Made by a program: the position numbers and the translations under genes. Of a stretch of DNA of 64,000 nt, positions 56,982-64,000 are shown piece by piece. The DNA is from Gemmatimonadaceae bacterium (GTDB taxonomy: Bacteria > Gemmatimonadota > Gemmatimonadetes > Gemmatimonadales > Gemmatimonadaceae), in assembly GCA_051859245.1 (NCBI GenBank), contig JBHYGA010000007.1:64001-128000 (forward strand), written 5' to 3'. Within the stretch, counting starts at the first letter, position 1; each line of letters begins with the position of its first letter. The notes beneath the pieces were generated by a model. The model made no database searches and had not been told where the DNA came from. It was given only the letters and a program-made list of their open reading frames with translations.

Positions 56982-58196
56982 ATGCGCGCTGTGGCGTGTG
57001 CGGGGCTGCTGGTTGCGTTCGCATCGTGTGATGTCGCGACCGACCGCGCTCGCCAAGGTGTGGTGAGCGACATTAGCGCATCCGCGCTGAGTGTCATCGA
57101 AGACACAATCGCCGCGTGTGGCGCATGCGACGGCGTAGCGACGAAAGTGCTTACGCTCAAAGCGCCGCTTGAATCGGCGATCCTGTTTGAGCTGCCTGAC
57201 GTTGAAAGGGCGGCCAACGGCACGTACTACCTCGGCACGCGTGACGGCGCGATTCATGCGTACGACACGAGGGGTAGGCGGCTGCGTCAACTCGGACGGC
57301 GGGGACGCGGACCGGGTGAGATCGATCGTCTTGTGACGTTTAGCGTTGGCGCTGACGACTCGGTGTTTGCCGTGAGCAGCGACCGGAGACTGCTGGTGTT
57401 CGGGCCAGATCAGAAATTCGCGCGCGGCACAACGCTCGCGCATGGCGTGTCCACCATGTCGAATGTTGCGCCAAGCATTCAGACGCTGCCGTCGGGACGC
57501 GTAGTGATGTCTGCATTTGTCCGTACGCCGGCACTCGATGGGTTGCCCGTGTTTCTCATGGACACCAGCGGCAAACTGGCGCAGGCGTTCGGTTCGCTGA
57601 GCATTGCACTGCCGAGGTCGTTCACGACTCGCGTACTGACGCGAGAAGCACACACGGGCGCGCTCTGGGTTGCAGACCCGGCCTGGTATCGATTTGAACG
57701 CTACGAAGCACAGGGCGACAGTTTTGCGCGCGAGCCCAGTCGCGTACTCGGCGTGCGTTCGCCGTGGGTGTTCGGCGGCAATCGTCCACTCATGACTGCA
57801 GCCGAAGGCCACGAACTTTTTGAGAACGCCAAGCAGGTCATCATCAAATCTGATGTGCGCGCACGTCCGCGCGTACTCGAGCGCGAGCCGACTACCACCA
57901 TGCGCAGTCTTCGCATAGCTGGCGACACGATGTGGGTCGCGTGGCAAGTCCCCGCACCAAACTGGAACAAGGTCGAGCTGACCTATCCACTCGCGAACGA
58001 GATGATGATCAGCTCCGACCTGAACGATTCACTCTGGAACACTGTGGTTGAAGTGCTCGACGTACGAACGAATCGTGTGCTGTTGCGCAAACACTTCCCG
58101 TTTCACGCGCAACTCGCCGCGCCCGGTACACTCGCACATCCCTACTTCGACGAGGTGGGCAACGTCCTGATCGACATCTGGGCCATCAGACCGTAG
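56982..58196 (+). CDS. 6-bladed beta-propeller lipoprotein
   Basis: FASC lipobox, YDTRGRRLRQLGRRGRGPGEI, DDSVFA; start 56961 or 56982. Confidence 0.75.
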   Translation: MRAVACAGLLVAFASCDVATDRARQGVVSDISASALSVIEDTIAACGACDGVATKVLTLKAPLESAILFELPDVERAANGTYYLGTRDGAIHAYDTRGRRLRQLGRRGRGPGEIDRLVTFSVGADDSVFAVSSDRRLLVFGPDQKFARGTTLAHGVSTMSNVAPSIQTLPSGRVVMSAFVRTPALDGLPVFLMDTSGKLAQAFGSLSIALPRSFTTRVLTREAHTGALWVADPAWYRFERYEAQGDSFAREPSRVLGVRSPWVFGGNRPLMTAAEGHELFENAKQVIIKSDVRARPRVLEREPTTTMRSLRIAGDTMWVAWQVPAPNWNKVELTYPLANEMMISSDLNDSLWNTVVEVLDVRTNRVLLRKHFPFHAQLAAPGTLAHPYFDEVGNVLIDIWAIRP

Positions 58197-58251
58197 CGCC
58201 ACTCCAACCGCACGAGTCCCGCCCGCACCCCCCTCGGCGAAGACACAAATC

Positions 58252-58848
58252 TCAAGCGTGCTGACCTTCGTGCACGCCCTCAAAAATCTCCTCGACCATC
58301 TTGGCGTTGAAGGCCGGCAGATCTTCCGGGCTGCGGCTGGTCACGAGACCCTGATCAACCACCACTTCTTCGTCCACCCAGTTCGCACCAGCGTTCATGA
58401 GATCCGTACGAATCGACGCGTATGACGTGAGCTTCCGTCCATTCACCACGCCCGCTTCAACGAGCAGCCACGGACCGTGACAAATCGCCGCGACTGGCTT
58501 GCCGGCGGTGAAGAAGTCTTTCACGAATGACACCGCGTCTGCATTCGCGCGCAGCTTATCCGGATTCATCACACCGCCCGGAATCATCAGCGCGTCAAAA
58601 TCGGCAGCCTTCATTTCGGGCACCGTACCGTCGACGGTGATGCTGTCTTCCGCCCAATCGTGCTCCGCCCAACCGCGAATCGTAAGCGCCGTAGATCCGA
58701 TCGACACAATGCGCACCGTCGCGCCCGCCGCCTTGAGCGCCGCCACTGGCGAGGTCAACTCCGACTCCTCAAATCCGTCCGTCGCCAACACCGCAACCGT
58801 TCGTCCCGTCAAATCATGCTGCGCGTTGTTCTTCGATGATGCCGTCAT
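58252..58848 (-). CDS. pfpI: PfpI/DJ-1 family type 1 glutamine amidotransferase-like protein
   Basis: LATDGFEESEL, IPGGVMNPDKLR, AICHGPW, TSRSPEDLPAF; GGAG RBS. Confidence 0.92.
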   Translation of the reverse strand: MTASSKNNAQHDLTGRTVAVLATDGFEESELTSPVAALKAAGATVRIVSIGSTALTIRGWAEHDWAEDSITVDGTVPEMKAADFDALMIPGGVMNPDKLRANADAVSFVKDFFTAGKPVAAICHGPWLLVEAGVVNGRKLTSYASIRTDLMNAGANWVDEEVVVDQGLVTSRSPEDLPAFNAKMVEEIFEGVHEGQHA

Positions 58849-59032
58849 GTAAAACACTCCGTGTCAGAATGGGCCAACATATTCACTACAAACCCCAACC
58901 CATTCCGTTCCGATGCGCGTCGTACATCACAACCGCGTTGTAACAAACGCACGATCGCGCTGTTCAGCCCCCACCAGTCCCGATCCTGCGAACGCGCACC
59001 GCACTACCGTTCAGCTACCCAGATGCTCGAAA

Positions 59033-59110
59033 GGCCGAGAGGCCTCCCCTCTCGGGCGGCTTCTGCCGCGAAGCGGCAGTGGCAAGCCCGGGAGGGGAGG
59101 CCTCTCGGCC
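59033..59110. repeat. Long palindromic element, copy 2 (GCGAAGC-loop core)
   Basis: 25 bp arms 59033-59057 / 59086-59110 (one T.G); inner CTGCCGC-GAA-GCGGCAG. Confidence 0.8.
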
Positions 59111-59128
59111 CCCCGCACCGACACGCAG

Positions 59129-62017
59129 TTACTGCACCACAGGAGGCTGCGCGTTCCAGTTGATCACGGCGTTGAAAATCATGTTGAACTCGCCGTGGTT
59201 CTGCCAACGATAAATCGGATTGTTGGAGAACATGATCACACGTCCCTTGCCTTTGTACGCGCCGGGAATGTCTACCGCAAACGGACGCGCCTTGAGTGAG
59301 TCGGCACCAACCATCAGTCCCGACAATACCGACTTGTCACCCCCAACGTAGCGACCAATCACGTTGGCTTCGTTGGCAATGCCAACCTTGAACGGTGAGC
59401 CGCCCACGTACTTGATCGGAATGGTCTTGGAGCCAAAACCGTAGAACACCGGATGCTCCGGCTTCACGATTTCCGCTTCAATCAGCGGACGCTGCGCGTT
59501 CAGTCCTGGCACGTTCGTTTTGTCCACGCTGCCCGCCCAGCCAAACTCGATGGGCAAACGCGCCGCATCGCCAACGGCGATGAGTGTACCGCCGCCTTCG
59601 AGGAACGCAGCGAACGCGTCAACACCCGCCTGACCAAATCCGCCCGACATGTCATCCGTCTCGCCGTACATGCCGAGGAACTGATACTTGTCAGACTTCT
59701 TGTATGGCGTGGGGTTGGCCGCCTTCGGCATCATCACCGTCTGACGGCTCAGGTTCTGCTCGGCCATGAGAATCACATCGTAGTCATTGCGCAGGTTGCC
59801 TTTGACCACGCGCTCTTTGTAGATGAGATCAAACGGCACGCCGAACTTGTCGAACGTGAGGCGATACCATCCGAGGCTCTGCGTGCCGCTCCACTGCGTG
59901 TAGATCGCAACGCGCGGAACAACCGCGTCGTGCGTGGCAACGGTTGGTGCCGCGCTCAACGACGCGGCCGTGAGCCCGAGTTCAGCAACAGCCGCCTTCA
60001 CACGATCGGCCGCGGCCATGTCCGTCACAATGAAGGAACCTGCCGGAAACTCAATGCCTTCCGCCGTGAAGCTCTTCTCGGCCACGCGCATTGCTACGTC
60101 TTTCAGTTTGTAGCGCAGCGAGATCATGTTGTTCGATCCAAAATGCGCAATCGCTATGCCAGCGGTGCCGTTGCCCTTGGTAGTGCCGGCCAACTTCACG
60201 TCGGTCACCGGTGTGACGTTCGCTTTGAGAATCGTGGAGTCGGCGACTTCAACAACTTCCACGCCCATCGCAAAACCCATAGACCAACCGCTGTCGTCGT
60301 ACGTGCGCAAACGCGGATCCGGATAGTTCTGCTTCTCCATCAGGTTTTTCGCGAGACGACCGTACGGCTGATCCAGCTTGATGATGTACGAGCCCGCGGC
60401 GTACGTCTTGTCACCAACCTTCACCGCGTCACGCGCCACACCTACTTCAATACGCTGGAAACGCAGAATCTTCACCATCTCGGCGGGCTTCGTCATGTCG
60501 CGCTGCACGGGAATCACGTAGGCGTACGGCGCCTTCGTCTTTCCATGCTCCATGGAGTTGCGCGTCTTGACATAGAAGTTTTCAAGAATGGTTTCCGGGA
60601 ACATCGATGCCAGCTGCAACGCGCTGAGCACACCTGTCTGCATGTAGTTGGCGTTCGCACGACGCGTGAATGTAGCGACGTCGTTAAAACCCACCTGAAT
60701 GCCGCGGTACCATTCGCGGTCCTGTCCACCACCGCGTCCTGTTGGCACGCCACCAGCAGCGCCACCAATGCCAGCACCACCACCACCGCCGCCGGCCGCC
60801 GCCGCGCCGCGTGTGGGTCCGGGCGCGGTGGGATTACGCGCACGTGCAACGGCCGCGCTGTCGAGATCACGTCCCGACTGCGTCTCATACATTTTCATGA
60901 GGCCGTTGTGATTGTAGGCCACAGAGCCGAGGTAACCGGGCGACCAGCCGTCCATGAATGCGTGTGTGTACACACCCGGCATGCCCCACTTGGTCATCTG
61001 CGCCATTTCCCAGTTTGCAAACCACGGGAGTTCAGCAAAGAGCAACGGATCAAGATTCGGGTTCTGCGGCGCACCACCGCTGTACGTGTACAGCAGCGAC
61101 AGCGACTCATGCAGATCGTGCATGATGGGCGGATGCGCGGTGAAATACCAATCGGCGATCGCGCGCATCTGATCGAGTACGAGATTGATGTCGCGGTTGT
61201 TGTCGTGATACGCGTACTTGCCCCAGTACGGCACGGCGCCAATGCCGCGTCCGCCGCCAGCAGGTGTTGCCGCCGAGTCACCAGCACCCGCAGCAGGCGA
61301 ACGCGCAGCGTCGGCCACTTCGAGTCCACGATAGAACCAGTCCACGTTCCGATCGCGTCCGTCAGCGTCAGCCACCGGCGTAATCGATACGTAGAGATTC
61401 TCGCGAATCTTTGAAATGATTGGCGACGTTTCGGTGGCCAGACGATACGCGAGCTCCATCAACATTTCTGACGGGCCCGTTTCACCGCTGTGCAAACCGC
61501 CCATGAAGTGGTAGTGCGGTTTGGTCTGACCAATGATCGTCTTCACCTGCGCTTCGGTCATGCCGCGCGGGTCTGCAATCTTGGCCAGGTTCGCACGATT
61601 GGCTGCGAGCTTGGCCATGTTTTCTTCCGACGACACCCAGATCACGACCAGCTCGCGCCCTTCATCCGAGCGACCAATAGACTCGATCATCACGCGCGGT
61701 GATGCGGCATCGAGCGCGCGGTAGTATTTGAGCTGGTCGGCGTAGTACGTAAGCTTTTTCGGCGCGCCAATGTGATAGCCGAGGATGTCTTTCGGCATCG
61801 GAATGCCCGGCACGACCGGCAAGTGGTCCACAAGCGGACTGCCATGCTTGGGGCTCATGATCCACTCGCGATACGCCTTCTCGAAGCTTTCGTCCTGCTT
61901 CTGCGACGGGTCGCGCGTATCGAGGGACATCATCTGCGCCGCAGCCGTGGAGCATGGCACGAACGCGAGCGTGAGCAAAGCGCGTCTGACGGTACGCGCG
62001 ACGGTAGAACGGATCAC
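59129..62017 (-). CDS. M14 family zinc carboxypeptidase with C-terminal GATase1-like region
   Basis: IGRSDEGREL, GLHSGE, HDNNRD, HDLHE; signal peptide. Confidence 0.88.
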   Translation of the reverse strand: MIRSTVARTVRRALLTLAFVPCSTAAAQMMSLDTRDPSQKQDESFEKAYREWIMSPKHGSPLVDHLPVVPGIPMPKDILGYHIGAPKKLTYYADQLKYYRALDAASPRVMIESIGRSDEGRELVVIWVSSEENMAKLAANRANLAKIADPRGMTEAQVKTIIGQTKPHYHFMGGLHSGETGPSEMLMELAYRLATETSPIISKIRENLYVSITPVADADGRDRNVDWFYRGLEVADAARSPAAGAGDSAATPAGGGRGIGAVPYWGKYAYHDNNRDINLVLDQMRAIADWYFTAHPPIMHDLHESLSLLYTYSGGAPQNPNLDPLLFAELPWFANWEMAQMTKWGMPGVYTHAFMDGWSPGYLGSVAYNHNGLMKMYETQSGRDLDSAAVARARNPTAPGPTRGAAAAGGGGGGAGIGGAAGGVPTGRGGGQDREWYRGIQVGFNDVATFTRRANANYMQTGVLSALQLASMFPETILENFYVKTRNSMEHGKTKAPYAYVIPVQRDMTKPAEMVKILRFQRIEVGVARDAVKVGDKTYAAGSYIIKLDQPYGRLAKNLMEKQNYPDPRLRTYDDSGWSMGFAMGVEVVEVADSTILKANVTPVTDVKLAGTTKGNGTAGIAIAHFGSNNMISLRYKLKDVAMRVAEKSFTAEGIEFPAGSFIVTDMAAADRVKAAVAELGLTAASLSAAPTVATHDAVVPRVAIYTQWSGTQSLGWYRLTFDKFGVPFDLIYKERVVKGNLRNDYDVILMAEQNLSRQTVMMPKAANPTPYKKSDKYQFLGMYGETDDMSGGFGQAGVDAFAAFLEGGGTLIAVGDAARLPIEFGWAGSVDKTNVPGLNAQRPLIEAEIVKPEHPVFYGFGSKTIPIKYVGGSPFKVGIANEANVIGRYVGGDKSVLSGLMVGADSLKARPFAVDIPGAYKGKGRVIMFSNNPIYRWQNHGEFNMIFNAVINWNAQPPVVQ

Positions 62018-62351
62018 TGAGCGACTTCCTGCGTCATCGGTGGGGGATGGGACTGCTTAACCTCCACTACGCAGCACTCTCGCTTCGTGTTCGGCAAGGG
62101 CTTCTTCGGTGTGGGGCCTGGGGCGCGGACGTCCCCCTCCGCGCCCAGCGGTCGGCCCGGGCGCGCCGGGCGGGGCGCCGGCGCTGGCCGACCGACGGCG
62201 CGTCGCGCGACGTCCGCGCCCCGGGCCGCGGGCGCTGGGGAGCTCGGCCGCGGGGCGGGCGCCGCGGGTTGCGCGGCTGCACCAAGGCGCGCGCGTTGCA
62301 CGTTATTTTGATGATCCGGGCCGTTACTTACCCATTTCTCGGATATTCGTC

Positions 62352-62645
62352 ATGGGCACGTTCGAGTTCACCCATACAGAAGACGGTAACAAAGGCAGTT
62401 TCGACGCCGCCGCGAACGGGGAGCGCGCGGGCGAGCTGACCTACTCGCGCATGAATGCGCACGCCGTCATTGTGGACCACACCGGCGTGTCGGCCGCGTT
62501 CGAGGGGCACAATCTGGGCAAACAACTCGTCGAGCACGCCGTTCAGTGGGCGCGAGAGAATCAGCAAAAGATCATGCCGCTTTGCCCGTTCGCACGCGCC
62601 CTGTTCGAGCGAACGCCGGCGTACGGCGATGTCTGGTATCGCTAA
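62352..62645 (+). CDS. GNAT family N-acetyltransferase (YjdJ-like)
   Basis: AGELTY, IVDHTGV...EGHNLGKQLV, KIMPLCPFA. Confidence 0.9.
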   Translation: MGTFEFTHTEDGNKGSFDAAANGERAGELTYSRMNAHAVIVDHTGVSAAFEGHNLGKQLVEHAVQWARENQQKIMPLCPFARALFERTPAYGDVWYR

Positions 62646-62662
62646 GCGCCAAATCTGTCGGA

Positions 62663-62691
62663 GCGGTGGTCGACGCGAAGCCGACCACCGC
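62663..62691. terminator. Hairpin between convergent genes, possible bidirectional terminator
   Basis: GCGGTGGTCG / CGACCACCGC 10 bp arms, loop contains GCGAAGC; no U-tract. Confidence 0.45.
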
Positions 62692-62704
62692 CGGCCTTCG
62701 GGGC

Positions 62705-64000
62705 TTATGGGCGCTTGGTGGTAACGCTGATCACGCCGTTCGCCGCGCGGGAGCCGTAAATGCGCTCGGCGGCGTTACCCTTGACGACTTCGATCTGTTG
62801 GATGTCATCGGGGTTGAGGTGCGCCAGTCCGCGGGTGTTGATGACGCCGTCGATGATGATCAGGGGTTCACCTCGCACTGCGGTTGAGATCGAGTCCCCG
62901 CGCAGTACCACGCTGTCGGCCGTCACGGCGCAGTTCGCGCACTGAAGCCGAGTGAATGGCTGTGCGGCTCCATCGCGTCGAGCGATCAGCACACCAGCGG
63001 TGCTATCGCGCATCAGGGCCACCCGAGTGCTGGAGTCGCGCCGTACCATCATTGAGACGATTGCCGTGGTATCGCGAATGCCGACACGCGCGCGCACACT
63101 ATCCATGCGTGCAAGACGACTTGTACTGTCCACGCGTCCAAGGCGACTGCTGTCGAGCACATACTCCGTCAGCGTGCCGCGAACCGAGTCCACCGCCGAT
63201 GCATCGAGCCGTGACTCCGCATACTTGCGCGTGAGAATGCGCACTTCATCGGCACGCCGGCCACCGCTGCGACCAACCACATTGATCGTCGCAATGTCTT
63301 CCGCCTTTACCAGCTTGGCTTCAGTCGCGGACACGGGGCGCTCGTCAACGGTATACGCGATCGACTCGCCCGCCGGCAAGCCGAGCGCTTGCACCACGCT
63401 CGTCGCATCGGCATCGCGGATCTGCGCCGCAGTCGGCACATCAGTATTGCACGCCGCAAACACCATCGCGGAGCAAGCGAGCAGGAACGCACCAACGGCA
63501 ACCGGTGTGCGACGTGAGGGACGGGAAGTCATGGCGAGCAGTCTCCGTTCAAGGTGGCGACGTGAGTCGAGCAGCGCGAGCGCGTGCAGTGCGCTGCGAC
63601 GTGAGGGCATTTGTGTAGCAAGGGTGAGCAGTAGCTCAGCGTAGCGACGCGGTGACGCACCACTCCGCAGCACGCGCGCGTCGCAGTCCACTTCAATCGC
63701 GAGACGCAATCGCGACGCCATCCACCAGGCCAGTGGGTGCCATGGTACCAGTGCTACGGCGATCGCCGTCACCGAGAGCAGGAGCGGATCACGCGCGCGG
63801 CGGTGCTCTTCTTCATGCGCGAGTACAAGCTGCTGATCCGCCGGTGACTGCGTGAGCAACGTGCTTGGCAACACAATGTCTGGTTGCAACACACCATACA
63901 CCGCTGGGCCGTGCGTCTTCGCCACACGCACGCGATGGCCGAACATGGTCGCGACGGGCCACAAACGACGCGAGCGATCGAGCTTTCGCATCATGTGCAG
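62705..64000 (-). CDS. M56 (BlaR1/MecR1-like) metallopeptidase fused to TonB-dependent-receptor plug-like domain, 5' partial
   Basis: LAHEEEH, WHPLAWW..RL..AIEVDCDARVL, LERRL..M; C-terminal PLIIIDGV...LNPDDIQQIEVVKG..A..IYG.RAANGVI.VTTK. Confidence 0.88.
   Translation of the reverse strand: MHMMRKLDRSRRLWPVATMFGHRVRVAKTHGPAVYGVLQPDIVLPSTLLTQSPADQQLVLAHEEEHRRARDPLLLSVTAIAVALVPWHPLAWWMASRLRLAIEVDCDARVLRSGASPRRYAELLLTLATQMPSRRSALHALALLDSRRHLERRLLAMTSRPSRRTPVAVGAFLLACSAMVFAACNTDVPTAAQIRDADATSVVQALGLPAGESIAYTVDERPVSATEAKLVKAEDIATINVVGRSGGRRADEVRILTRKYAESRLDASAVDSVRGTLTEYVLDSSRLGRVDSTSRLARMDSVRARVGIRDTTAIVSMMVRRDSSTRVALMRDSTAGVLIARRDGAAQPFTRLQCANCAVTADSVVLRGDSISTAVRGEPLIIIDGVINTRGLAHLNPDDIQQIEVVKGNAAERIYGSRAANGVISVTTKRP

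Noticed and set aside
56676..57947. 423 aa - strand ORF (also 48350-49597, 52420-53535, 20740-21756, 12508-13473)
   Set aside because: Antisense to well-supported genes, Arg/Ala-rich, no motifs
56731..59110. Hairpins as integron attC sites or CRISPR repeats
   Set aside because: No RYYYAAC/GTTRRRY ends, no integrase, only two copies 2.3 kb apart in opposite orientation, no spacer periodicity or cas genes
60720..60830. CCA/CCG trinucleotide repeats
   Set aside because: Encode a Gly/Ala-rich linker inside the M14 peptidase, not an independent repeat element
59453..61414. 653 aa + strand ORF
   Set aside because: Antisense shadow of the M14 peptidase, no recognisable motifs; expected in GC-rich DNA

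Overview
GC-rich (roughly 60-65% by eye) bacterial chromosomal window. The gene mix (Hanks kinase, M14/M20 peptidases, serine hydrolases, beta-propeller lipoproteins, PEP-CTERM proteins, BlaR1/M56-plug fusion) suggests Gemmatimonadota, which is an inference. It holds about 50 CDS: ABC-2 permeases, an exported lipase-like/phospholipase D pair, tamA-tamB, an ABC-F ATPase, ArsR-SRPBCC, vapBC, an asnB-like gene, a multi-GAF kinase with two NarL-type regulators beside a catabolic cluster, EF-G2, PfpI and others. No rRNA, intact tRNA, CRISPR array, integrase or transposase was seen. Best leads: (1) a two-gene bestrophin channel + LCIB/theta-carbonic-anhydrase unit that mirrors the algal BST/LCIB CO2-concentrating pair; (2) two copies of a ~80 nt hairpin with a near-identical 25 nt GCGAAGC-loop core but unrelated, fully paired outer arms, each just after a stop codon; (3) a multi-stem 5' leader that sequesters the RBS/ATG of an ankyrin gene; (4) two convergent PEP-CTERM genes that share their poly-Arg codons on opposite strands; (5) several gene/tRNA remnants pointing to deletion scars or assembly joins. 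All family calls come from motif recognition by eye, not database searches.
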